Counted from the first letter of the stretch, positions 51,021 to 63,081 are shown. The stretch is DNA of 64,000 nt from Azolla caroliniana (GCA_043228905.1 JBHGNT010000003.1:2232001-2296000), one strand, 5' to 3'. Made by a program: numbers and translations. Notes: a model not told the origin generated them from the letters alone.

Positions 51021-52670
51021 GTGAAGGCGGGTGGCAAGGAGATGGAGAATCAACAAGAGGCGATGAACATGATGATGATGATGTTCGAGAGAATGCTACA
51101 AGAACAACGCGAGATGTCGGAGATCACGACAGTAGTACAACGGCTCGTGCAACAGAACGGGCAATTCGATGGAAAGGACGTGTCACGCTATCTACGTGAC
51201 TACAAAATGGAGATGTTGCGATATGGTATCTCAGAAAGATTGCAAGTGTTATCTTTCAACCGGGTGGCTACGGATGAGCTTCAAGAGAGAATCCACGAGA
51301 TACGACAACAAAGCCCGATGTGGGAGTCCTTTGAAGAAGCTATACGAGACACATATGACTATCTAAGACCGAAGCGGACGAGGACATGGTCCACGAACGG
51401 CGGTCAACAGTGGGTGAAAAGCGGCCACCGACTACCACCGAAGGAGAGCTTGATGCGGAAGGGTTCGAAGATGCATGAAAAGTCGCAAGTCGACATTGAA
51501 GGGGAGCTTAAAACCGAACCAAAGTCGAGGCCAACAAAGGACGAGGAGGAGGAAGATCGAGGACGAAAGGGTATCCCCACACCGGTTCCAGAGACTTCGG
51601 CGGCTGTGCCCGTGCACCAACGTGAGACCGGAGAGACGGAATGTGTCGGTGGAAAAGTGGAGGACCGGAAGGGCAACGAGGAAGACAAAGTAAATGAGCA
51701 CGAACGAAGGGATTCCTTCACCATTGTTTCGGAGACTTCGGTACTGGAGCCCGGGTGTCGACATAACACCGAAGATAAGGAAAGTGGCGGCAACGAAACG
51801 AAGGTCGAAGCCGATGCATACGAAGGAGAGATAGCCAAGGAGAACATGGCTATGGGTGAAACAACGGAAGATGATAATACCGAGGATTCCTACCCACTAA
51901 TTCTAGAGACTTCGGCGGTTGTGTCCGAGAACCAACGTGAGACCGGAGAGACGGGAGGTGGCAACAAGGAAGGTAAAGTCGGAAGCCGGTTCGGATGGAA
52001 GATGATCCGTCTGAAATTCCGATGTAAACAAAAGCATGACAACGCGAAGGTCGGGTCTACGATGGGAGAAGCATGTAATACGGAGCACGCACTACGGCAC
52101 CAAAAGAAGCACGTGCTACGGCGTAAAGAGAAGCACACGCTACGGCGCAAAAAGAAGCACGCGCTACGGTGCAAAAATAAGCATGCACTACGGGGTAATA
52201 CGGCGCATGCACTACGATGGAATACGAAGCATGCGCTACGGCCTAATACGACGCATGCGCAACATCGAGAAATAAAGCATGCATTAAAGCCGCACAAGGA
52301 CCTAACAGCGAGCGCGTATTCGGAGGTCGACATCGACGCGTGGGTAGAACCTACGGAAGACAAGCGCGGAGTGGAGAGAGACAACACACCGAGATGCTCA
52401 AGAGTACCACAAGGGACCATGACAACCACTCATGGCAATGCAAAGAATGAACAAAGAATATGGTGGATCGGATGGCGACAATGGTTCGGGTGGAAAGAAT
52501 GGGTCTACTCAAAATGGAGAGACAAAGTTGACATAGCGGGACAAACGGAGGATGAAGGGGAGACAACGAGCATCGGCAACTTCGGCACATACCGGAGGAT
52601 GTGCGGGTTCGGAGGGGGCGAGTGTCGTAGTGTATTTCGTACACTACGTGAAAAAGTAAAAATAATATAA
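51021..52670 (+). CDS. Gag-like protein with PETSA repeats and basic KHALR octapeptide repeats (first ATG 51042)
   Basis: N-terminus FDGKDVSRYLRDYKMEM resembles the element B gag (FDGRNVTKFLDAYRREM). No pol domains. The ORF reads into the 3' LTR. Confidence 0.6.
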   Translation: MKAGGKEMENQQEAMNMMMMMFERMLQEQREMSEITTVVQRLVQQNGQFDGKDVSRYLRDYKMEMLRYGISERLQVLSFNRVATDELQERIHEIRQQSPMWESFEEAIRDTYDYLRPKRTRTWSTNGGQQWVKSGHRLPPKESLMRKGSKMHEKSQVDIEGELKTEPKSRPTKDEEEEDRGRKGIPTPVPETSAAVPVHQRETGETECVGGKVEDRKGNEEDKVNEHERRDSFTIVSETSVLEPGCRHNTEDKESGGNETKVEADAYEGEIAKENMAMGETTEDDNTEDSYPLILETSAVVSENQRETGETGGGNKEGKVGSRFGWKMIRLKFRCKQKHDNAKVGSTMGEACNTEHALRHQKKHVLRRKEKHTLRRKKKHALRCKNKHALRGNTAHALRWNTKHALRPNTTHAQHREIKHALKPHKDLTASAYSEVDIDAWVEPTEDKRGVERDNTPRCSRVPQGTMTTTHGNAKNEQRIWWIGWRQWFGWKEWVYSKWRDKVDIAGQTEDEGETTSIGNFGTYRRMCGFGGGECRSVFRTLREKVKII

Positions 52671-53389
52671 CCGATTTAATTACATATAAATAAATAAAAT
52701 AATATATCAAGATATTTATCACGTGCATAGGGCAAGATTTGAACCTTGTACCTCCACGTAGCCAAACCTCAACTTTACCATTATGCTACCTTATCTTTAG
52801 TGTTCTATAAATAGATTTAATAACTATAAGTGCTTTATTTGCGCCTACCTTTATTAAAAGGTAAATCATGTATTTTTAGAGTGCGTGAATATTTTATAGA
52901 AAAACGCAAGCGACTAAAAAGTGACTCATGCACATCTAGCGTGCATGAGCACTATATTTAGCAAATAAAAGCAAGGATTAGAAAAGCATCACATGCACAT
53001 TTAGTGTGCATGAACATATTAGAAAAAAAAGCATGTAGCTATGCTTAGTCTCTCCCATCACTACATAAGGATGGGGAGCACAATGTAATAGGTGTGTGAA
53101 AAATATTTGGAAACTGGATATGTTTCTAAAAAAACACCAATTAATAAACTATACTCGTGGGATTCACGAGAATTCTATATCATTCTCTTTCAACCGAAGT
53201 TTATATTCTTATATTCATATTGATTAATCTAATACAATACACTCGTGGGATTCACGAGTTTGCTATAACTCTTTCTTACAACATATTTATATTCTTATTA
53301 GCCTTAAAACTCTCCTCTTCCTAGTCCAAAACCTCGGCGGTTCCCACCCGACTCACGCAACGATCCGGAGCCGAAAGGCACGACAACGT

Positions 53390-54200
53390 ATCTACAACTT
53401 GCAAAGAAGGAACTTCAACAAGCTTTTCCAATAACTGACCTTGGTCCAATGAAGTATTTCCTTGGAATGAACTTACAAAGAGATCGTGCCAAAGGAACCA
53501 TTTCTCTTTCCCAAACTCAATACATTGAAAGTGTATTAAAACGTTTTGATATGCTACATTGCAAGCCTATCTCTACACCAATGTCAACTCCATTCAAATT
53601 ATCACTCGAAGATGCTCCAAGAACTATTAAAGAATGAGATGAAATGCTCAATGTTCCTTACAAGCAAATTCTTGGATGTATACGCTACCTTGTTCGTTGT
53701 ACACGTTCCGATTTATGTTTCACCGCTGGAATTCTTTCAAGATTTATACAAGATCCGGGATTGAAACATTGGCAAGCTTTAAAACGACTACTACATTAGC
53801 TAAAACAAACAAAAGATATGGTGTTAACTTACTCTAGATCACAATCAGAGTCCGTCAACATGTATCTTGAAGGATGGACCAATCCATCACAATTGTCGGG
53901 TTGGACAGATTCAGATTGGGGAGGGGATATTGATGGTCGTAAGTTAACAAGTGGCTTCGTATATTGTCTCGCCGAAGACGCTATAGCATGGAGGTCTAAG
54001 AAGCAAACAACAGTTGCTCTATCTTCAACAGAAGTTGAATATGTAGTCGCCGCACTCGCTACAAAAGAAGGAATATGGATTCATTCTATACTTGAAGAAC
54101 TTAACTTGTTTAAGACTTCAAAGCTAATCCTTCATTGTGATAATCAGTCGTGCATAAAGCTAGCTTGTAATCCGAAAATGAGTGATAATATTCGACAGGT
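53390..54200 (+). pseudogene. Copia RT end and RNase H, middle part
   Basis: DLGPMKYFLG, TDSDWGG, WRSKKQTTVALSSTEVEY, CDNQS; several stops. Confidence 0.9.
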
Positions 54201-55271
54201 TGTCGTGAAGATAAAATCCCATAAAACGTACGAAATCGAGTATGAATCACGTAGTACAATAATTGTGAAGATAACATTTTAAATAGATTTAATATCTAAG
54301 TACAAAATGATGGAGGTTTCGAATGCACTTTATTACACGAGAAACAGACAACAAAATGTCAAGATATGAGGGTATAAAGTTTGTAAAGGAAAGGAGAAAA
54401 TTGTGAGATATCCCACATAGGCACGACAAATACAGCTCTCATCATATATAAGGTGGAGCAAAAGATATTATCTTTGTGTCTATGTGTGGAGCATAGAGAG
54501 TTCAAGGTAACTTAAACTAAGAGTGGAGGTGGGTTAGCTACTCCTAAAGGGTTTTGGCCAACCAAAACCGGACCGACGATGGGGCCTGTGATCCGACGGC
54601 ATCCGACGAGGCATCGGTAACCGACGGCAGCACCGGCATCCGGCGAACCGGCGACTAGATAAATAAATATATAAATATATATACATACTTACATATACAA
54701 GGAGGGCAAGTAAGGATTCGAACCTTGCATGTCCAAGTTAGGAGTCAATTGGCTTAATGGTAAGCCAATTGCTATTTAATTGAAATTATATTTCTATCAT
54801 TGTACTTTTACATGTAAATTCTCATACATGAGAACTAAAATGAGTGACATGGTTATCATGCACCACATGTAATACATAAGCGCCAAATGGCAAACATGCA
54901 ATTTATGCATGTCTTGTACCCTTACATGCATCATATGCATGAGAGCATCTATAAAAGAGGGAAAGGGGAGGAGAAAAAACACGGTTTTTTTTATGAAAAT
55001 TAAGAGGAACAAATTCGTTATCAAATTGATCGTGTAACTTGTTTCTTAAATCTAAAGTTAAAAGTTCAATCAATCTCTCTCAATCGTGTAATCTCAACTT
55101 CTCTCTTTCCCAATCTATCTTAACTACTTTCTCGCCAAAGCTTGTATCGACTCTAAATCCTTCTGGTCCAGAGCCCCGGTGGTTCCGCCTCACGATCTGC
55201 GCGTAGTGACGGATCATCACGACATAATTAAGTGGTGAACCCGACATGAAGAGCAGCAGGGGAGGACGAAG

Positions 55272-56750
55272 ATGGATGGCGAATATCTCATGGAGGCAAT
55301 GTCAAGAAGGATGATGGAGTTTCTGAGAGAAGGGAAAAGAAGAAATGAAGGCCAACAAGCCGTCGACAGGGTAGTCGAGCGAGTGAGCTATTTCAACGGT
55401 GCAGAAGTCCAAAGTTTCCTAAAAGTCTACAATGCGGAGATGGATTCAAGAGGTGTGGACAAAGCTATGAGGCTAGAGTACTTTTGTCGGATGGTGTCTC
55501 AACCGATCTTCAAAGATGTAAAAGAGCTTCTAGAAGCTCATAATTCGTGGGCGACTTTCGAGAAGGCTCTATTGGAGGAATATGGCTATGAGAGACTGAA
55601 GGGACGAGATTGACGCAACTTCGACCAATGGGTGACATCAGCGAAGACCCACCAAGGTGCGACACAAGCATTTGTAGACTTCGAGCATCATTTTTCTCAA
55701 TTGTCGGAGTGGGAACAAAGATTGGTGGGGGTCGATAAGGTCCTTATGTTCGTGAAGTCAATCGATCGAATGGAAAGGATGGCGATCGGTCTCAAACTCG
55801 AAGAAGATGATGGTGCAAATGGCCTCATCGAGGATTGGAGCAAAGTGGAAAGTGTATGCCGACTACACGATAAGGGGCAAGTGAGAATATCGACGACAAC
55901 AAGACGTCCCATGAGGGACGATCGAAGAGGGACGAGATGCAACAACGCGCCACCAACAAAAGAAATGAAGCTTAAAAGGGAGACAAAACCGAGGCGAATG
56001 GTGATCGAGGAAGAAGAGACCTCCCAACAAATGCGGGTTAATGAAGTGGCCGATACAAAGGCTCTAGTTCGGTATGACGGTACCGAGAGAGAAGGTGTGA
56101 AACAAGTCACCTTCTTGTCTTACGAAGAAACGACGGCCAAGGAGGCCGATGACTCGAGGACGGCGAACGCCACTTCCAGGGAGGATAAATGTTTCGGAAC
56201 ACGCATTGTGTACGAAACATCGGGTGATGAAGGCGCAAGCATGAGAAAATCTTGCATGATCGAGGGAGATAAAGTGTTTGAGTATGAAGAGATTGAGGAG
56301 GTAGCCATGACAAACGACATCGAGTTGGAGGTGGCTATGGACGAGTCGACAACGGATAGCCATGTCAAGACTTTCTCCACGATTGCTCCAGAGACTTCGG
56401 CGGTTGTGCCCATGTGCCAATGTGAGACCGGAGAGACGGAAGGTGGTGACGGGAAGACGAAGGCCCAACACAAGGAGGAAGAAGATTGAGGATGAAAGGA
56501 TATCCCCACACCTATTCTAGAGACTTCGGCGGTTGTGCACGTGCGCCAACGTGAGACTGGAGAGACGGAATGTGTGGACAAAAAAGAGGACGACCGGAAC
56601 GGCGATGAAGAAGACAAGGTAAATGTGCATGACCGAAGGGATTCCTTCACACCGGTTCCGGAGACTTCGGCAGTCGAGACCGTGTGTCGGGATAAGACCG
56701 AAGATAAAGGAAGTGGCGAAGAGGAGACAATATGGCTCGCGGCGAGCATA
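55272..56750 (+). pseudogene. First gag-like module of element B, related to the element A ORF
   Basis: FNGAEVQSFLKVYNAEM and LEEDDGANGL; PETSA(V)V..ETGET repeats shared with 51590-51960; in-frame stops. Confidence 0.7.
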
Positions 56751-57050
56751 CACGGGGGGCTCAATATGTGATATCACCAACACCACTATCATCAATATAA
56801 TTATATTTGTCTTTATCTTCTTCATGTTTTTCTACTTCTCAAGTGTACAATCTTTCTTCTTCTCAAGTGAACAAATTTCATCCAATCTTACATTGATCGT
56901 CATCTAGCGTCGATAATTCCGCGAACGTCCTCCCCAGTCCAAGACCCCGGTGGTCGCTCGAGTAGCACACGCACACGCGAATCTTCGCGACATCAAGTGG
57001 TGAACCCGACGTGAAAGAGGCGGTAGGAAGGATCAAGTAGAGATTAATAC

Positions 57051-59255
57051 TTGGAGATGGTGTCCTCAAGCAACCAAGCAGGAGAGATCGAAAGGATGAT
57101 GCTAATCGTCGAGCAAATGATGAGATCTCGGGACAACGACACGAGCGTGGAGAAGGCTGTCGATCGTGTCGTAGAGCTCGAGGGCCAATTCGATGGAAGG
57201 AACGTTACGAAGTTCCTTGATGCATATAGAAGGGAGATGAATCAGAGGGACGTGTCCGAGGCACGTCAAATCCCAAGCTTCAAGAGAGTTGTCGCCAACA
57301 ACATCCAAAGACGCGTCATCGAGCTTCAAGAAGGTAAGACAACATGGTCCGAGTTCGAGAAAACGATACTAGCGGAGTTCGTGACTGAAGACTCAACGAG
57401 GATGACTCGACATGCACTGATGAAGTGGATAGAGAAGAAGAATAAGAAGATGAGCGTCTCGAGGGTGTATGACGAATTCGACCAAATGTTTAGTCGTCTC
57501 CCCAATACGGACCAAGTATTGCTTGAAGAGGACAAGACTTTGTACTTCTTGAAGGCCGTGGATATAAAGGATTGACGGGAGTTGGGGACTCTTCTCGAAG
57601 ATGATACCCAAGCAAATGGGCTTGTAGCGGACTGGATCGCGGTGAAGCGGGCATGCAATAGGCTCGACAAGCGTCGCCAATGGGTTGATGACATCGACTT
57701 GACGGGATCGACTACCACGGAGAAAGCAAGACCGCCGAAAGTAACTAAGCCGCCAAGACAAAGTAACGTGGAAGAAAAGAAGATTGATGACGACATCATT
57801 GAAGAGCTAGCGAAGAAGTTCGAGAAGGTCACGCTAGCCAACATGAATTGTCGGGGCCCTAAAGGAAAAGAACCCTTTAGATGCGTGTGGTGCGATAGCA
57901 TGGACCACATGAGAAGGGATTGTGCGAGCCTTCGAGAGGCGATTCAACAAAATATCGTATACATAGAGGACAACATGATCTGCTCAAGCGAGACTAGAAG
58001 ACCCCTACGGGTGAATTTCGGAAGAGGAGGAATGAAGAGATCTATGGAGGATGCCGATGCGACTCATGTGGATGCGATGCACTATGCTGCATCGGCCGGA
58101 ATAAGAGTCAGGAAAGACAAGACTGAAGCTGCTAGAGCGGGAGCAAAGTTTTGGACTTCCGTTCTCGAATATGAGAAGAAGGGAAAAATCACATCGAACG
58201 AGGTAGAGCTTGCGGACCAGAGCGTGCAAAGCATAACCGGGTGGTCGGATCCGGTGGACGACAACACCATACTCGCAGAGGTAATGTGCGACAACCACGA
58301 GGTGTTCGTCGAAGAAAAGAGAAAGAGAATAGAAGAGCAAGGGCCATCAAAAAGACATGAAACAAGGAACGCGAAAAAGAAGGACGATGCGGAGACGAGT
58401 CGACCTTTACAAACGGAGGAACGAGAAGCAAGCCGAAAAGGGGAGCCGAGCATACGAGTTGAAGAAACGGTTCGGGCCGTGAAGGTTGGTGTCGAAGACC
58501 CCGCTCCGAGGACAAGGACCATACCTACCTATAAGCTAAGGTCGGACATAGAGCAGACGACGGACCTAAAGAAGATTCTCGAAGAACGAGTTCTTGATAG
58601 CCACGTAACTTTGTCCTTGAGGGAATTGCTTGGCATTACGAAGAAGGAGTTCCATGACACGATCGTGGACCTTGTAAAGAGAAAGAGACAACAATCGGAC
58701 GAGGAAGAAGAGAAGCCGCAAAAAGCAAAAATGAATGCCATAACGATGGCAAGAGACGAAATCGATGAAGATATGGTGGACAACCACTACACTCGACCTC
58801 ATTGGGCACGAGCGACAACGGAGACGCCGGTGAAGATCGGGGAGAAGAAAGAGACCGTGGTAGCCTTGATCGACCACGGCTCGGAGATCAACCTCATGTC
58901 AACCGACTTCTACAAAAAAGGAAGATGGCCAATCAATACAAACCACGGATGGAAGATTCGCGCGGCAACAAAGTCTACGGAGGATTTGTACGAAGCTTGT
59001 CCCAATGTCAAAGTCACGATCGGAGATGTGGAGATGGATCAACACTTCTTCATTCAAGAATCGGCGTCGCATCCTGTCATCCTAGGGCAACCTTATATCA
59101 CATCATCTCGGATGGAGACCAAAGTGTTGGATAATGGAGCAGCCTTCGCACGAATAAAGAGTCTTGACAACCAAAGATCGGTCCAATTCCTAACGGTGCG
59201 AGCCAATCATGAAAGGAATCGAGATAGTCTCGGAGGCGAATCCTCAGATTTTTAG
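57051..59255 (+). pseudogene. Element B gag + CCHC-like knuckle + aspartic protease (one in-frame TGA at 57573-57575)
   Basis: FDGRNVTKFL, CVWCDSMDHMRRDC, ALIDHGSEINLM, VILGQPY. Confidence 0.85.
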
Positions 59256-59320
59256 AGCGGACTATTGAAGCATGGGGCACAAATAGTCCGAGCAATCACA
59301 AGACCCCACAAGAAAGAAGA

Positions 59321-62250
59321 GTGCGTGGATTGCAAGGAGAAGCAACATGTGTCACACCTAGTGGCGCATGTAAACTAGTACTACCCGACAAGAAGCACAA
59401 GCGCCGGAGACAAGAATTCGAGAAGATGCTGAAAGAAGAGAACATAATAGAAGAAGGAGAGTTTGTGACTCATATTATGGAAGAAGCCTCATTTAACGAC
59501 ACCATCGGCGAAATCGAGGACGTCGTGGACTTGAGCTATCTTCACAACCAACGCGTGATTTCGGTTAACTCCGTCAACATGTACGCTATCATCGATGAAT
59601 ACCGTCGTGGCATCTCGATGAAGGAAGCTGACATCAACACGAAATATAAAACGGGGGATAAGAAGATCAAGCCAGTTGTGGTTCCGCTACCGGAAGATAG
59701 CTGGCAAAAGATGAAGGAAGTCGCTAACGATCCAAGCTTAAGAGATCCGAAGAAGATAGGTCATTACTTCACCAAAGAGACGAAGGGGAAGCTACGAGTT
59801 GGAAAGGAGGATTTCCTTCTCCCTGAAGAGGAGCGAATGTTTCGCGATATGCTTGAGAGACATGGGAAGGCTTTCGCATTCTTCCCACGAGAAATCGGAT
59901 GCGCCGACCCAAAGTTATAGAGCCGATGGTGATCTTCACGGTGCCTCATGTGCCTTGGAATTTGAAACCGATACCGGTTCCGAGAGCACACCTTCTGAAG
60001 CTGATCGAGCTCTTAAAGGAGAAGGTGAGTATGGGAATTCTAGAACCGTCGAATGCTCCTTATTCCAATAGGTGGTTCACGGTGCCGAAGAAGAATGGAT
60101 CATTGCGATTCATCCAAGATCTTCAACCCATCAACAAGGTGACAATTCGAAATGCCGGAATCGGTCCGAGCATGGACGAATTTGCCGAAGCATTTGCGGG
60201 CCGGTCCATCTACTCCATTGCCAATCTCTACTCCGGATATGACCAATTCCAATTGGCGATCGACAGTCGGGACATTACAACCATGAGGACTCCGATCGGG
60301 CTTCTGCGGATGTGTACCTTACCCCAAGGCGCAACGAACTCGGTGGCTCATATGGTGAATGCCATGAATAAAGTCTTGAAGGATTGCATTCCGGACATCA
60401 CGATGCCATTCTTGGATGATATTCCGATAAAAGGATGTTGGGATGAGAAGAAAGATGAATCAAAAGATAAGGAAGGTTGTAGAAAGTTCGTTGCGGATCA
60501 TATGAAAGATTGCGAAAAGGTGCTTCAAAGGCTCGAAGATGCGAATTTGACATTTTCGGGAGAAAAATCCGCATTCGGGCAACCGGAGATCTTGGTGGTA
60601 GGTCACTTGTGTGGAGCATACTACCGGAAGCCCTCGCCATCCAAAGTGAACGCAATCCAAGACATGAAAGAAGAATGCGAAAACCAAATGGAGTTCGAAG
60701 GTTCCTTGGAGCGTGCGCATTTTATCATATATGGATTCCTCACTACGCTCATGTCGCCGAACCGTTATGTGGACTACTAAAGAAAAGAATAAAGTTCGAA
60801 TGGCGAGACGAGCACACCGAGGCGATGCGAAGATTAAAGAAACTGCTTCTTGAAGCTCCAGCACTAAGGAAGGCCGACTATGCTGAAGGGAAACCAATTT
60901 ACGTGACCGTAGATACGAGCCCAACCGGAATCGGGTGGGTCATCAATCAAGAAGGTGAAGATAATGCGCGATATGCCGTCCGGTTCGGAGCAAAGGTTCT
61001 CAGCGAACGGCAACAAAGATATGCCCAAGTCAAGCGGGAACTTTGGGGTATTGTGTCGGCAGTGAAGACGGACAAAGATTACCTGATCGGGTCAGAAGTG
61101 ATAATAGAGACAGATTGTCTCCCAATTCTCGGAATGGTCTCGGGATGTGCAACCCCAGATCTTGCTATGCTAAGGTGGATCGCCTACATCAAGTCTTTAA
61201 ACCCAGAGATCCGTCACATCGCAGGGAAGAAGAACGCCATGGCTGACATGCTGTCGAGGGCAAGATTTTCAAATGGAAGTAACATGGTTTCGGAAGATGA
61301 AGATGTCGCCCTCGACTTCTTCAAGATGGCTCGATTGTCGGCGGAAGACCAGGACACGCAAACCCTCCACGCCTTCAACGAGAACGAGTACGAAGGAGAA
61401 TGGTTACTCAAATAAGACGACTTCAGCCGTTTGTAAATTTTTACTTGAAGATGTTGTTTGCCGATATGGATGTGTAGGGAAGATAGTGGCCAACTGAGGG
61501 GAGTTGGACGCGCACGAAGCGACGGAGCTCTTCGAAAGTCTAGGCGTGAAGCTCTCCCTCACGACTGCCTACAATCCGGAAGCAAATGGGAAGATCGAGC
61601 GAGGGCATGGACCTATCGTTAAAGCCATCGTACGGGCATGCATCGGTCGAGTCGGGAATTGGCCACGACTATTACCCTATGCCTTGTGGGCCGATAGAAC
61701 GACACATAGCTCGGTGACAGGGTATATGCCGACGGAGCTTATGTATGGCCAAAAGCCGATTATGCCCATCGAAAGGACGATCGCCTCATGGGTAGCGATA
61801 CCATGGGAGAACGAGATGAGCCGAGAAGAGTTATTAGCGGCGCGGATAAGGCAACTTGAAAGAAGACCTGAAGATTTAGAAAAAGCGCGAAAGATGATGA
61901 AGGCAGCCCGAGTAAAGAACAAAGTTCGGTTCGACAACACGCATCGACTTCGTCCCAAGAAGATTGAAGAAGGGGATTGGGTTTTGGTTTACGACAACAC
62001 CCTTGACAATCAACATAGTACAACAAGGAAGTTCGCAAGAAGATGGTTCGGGCCGTATGTGGTGACAAGTGCCAACGATAATGCCACATACCACCTTGCG
62101 GAACTAGACGGATCAAGGTTGGCCGTACCCATTGCAGGAAAAAGAGTAAAGATTTTCAAGAAAAGACAAGACAAGGATCCTGACCTCGATTACCTCGACG
62201 ATGAACATAATAGGCCGGATAAAAATGAAGACATGGAGGAATCTAATTGA
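59321..62250 (+). pseudogene. Element B pol: RT, RNase H and partly deleted integrase, frameshifted
   Basis: FTVPKK, LYSGYDQ, LPQGATNS, FLDD, TVDTS, ETD, N.MADMLSR, YNPEANGKIER, W.GPY. Single-base frameshifts near 59912 and 60692; integrase N-terminus is missing near 61410. Confidence 0.9.
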
Positions 62251-62961
62251 TCATCGTAGCCGAAATCTCACTTCTTCTCTTCTGGAGGACGTGCGGTTTG
62301 GTGGGGGTGGATGTCGTGAAGATTTTCGGCAATAGTGTGAAAATCCCATAAAACGTACGAAATCGAGTATGAATCACGTAGTACAATAATTGTGAAGATA
62401 ACATTTTAAATAGATTTAATATCTAAGTACAAAATGATGGAGGTTTCGAATGCACTTTATTACACGAGAAACGGACAACAAAATGTCAAGATATGAGGGT
62501 ATAAAGTTTGTAAAAGGAAAGGAGAAAATTGTGAGATATCCCACATAGGCACGACAAATACAGCTCTCATCATATATAAGGTGGAGCAAAAGATATTATC
62601 TTTGTGTCTATGTGTGGAGCATAGAGAGTTCAAGGTAACTTGAACTAAGAGTGGAGGTGGGCTAGCTACACGTAAAGGGTTTTGGCCAACCAAAACCGTA
62701 CCGGCGATGGAGCCGATGATCCGGCGGCGGTGATCCGACGGCATCCGGCACCGGTATCCGGCGACGCATTGGTATCCGGCGGCATCACCGTTATGCGGCG
62801 ACGGCACCGGTAACTGACGGCATCCGGCCGGTGATCCGGCGGCATCCGGCACCGGTAACCGACGGCATCTGGCGACGGCAACGGTAACCGACGGTATCCG
62901 GCGACTAGATAAATAAATAAATAAATATATAGATATTTACATATACAAGGAGGGCAAGTAA

Positions 62962-63015
62962 GGATTCGAACCTTGCACCTCCAAGTTAGGAGTCAATTGG
63001 CTTACCATTAAGCCA
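62962..63015 (-). promoter_or_regulatory. tRNA-like Pol III A-box/B-box cassette in the element B 3' LTR (5' LTR copy 54714-54771)
   Basis: Minus strand TGGCTTAATGG - 32 nt - GGTTCGAATCC, both consensus matches; D-arm-like GCTT-AATGGT-AAGC. Confidence 0.65.
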
Positions 63016-63081
63016 TGCTATTTAGTTGAAATTATATTTCTATCATTGTACTTTTACATGTAAATTCTCATACATGAGAAC

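Larger units (their letters stand above)
50241..53385 (+). mobile_element. Nested element A: non-autonomous LTR retrotransposon (gag-like ORF only), 3145 bp
   Basis: 763-bp LTRs 50241-51003 and 52623-53385 (TGTCGT..ACGACA); PBS tggtgaacccgacgtga 51008-51024; PPT ggagggggcgag; TSD ACGT at 50237-50240 and 53386-53389. Confidence 0.95.

Noticed and set aside
62460-62881. Pro/Arg/Asp-rich minus-strand ORFs
   Set aside because: Products of the GC-rich LTR repeat; not conserved in the 5' LTR.
62950-63025. Functional tRNA gene
   Set aside because: No pairing acceptor stem or canonical 7-nt anticodon loop; reported only as a tRNA-like promoter cassette.
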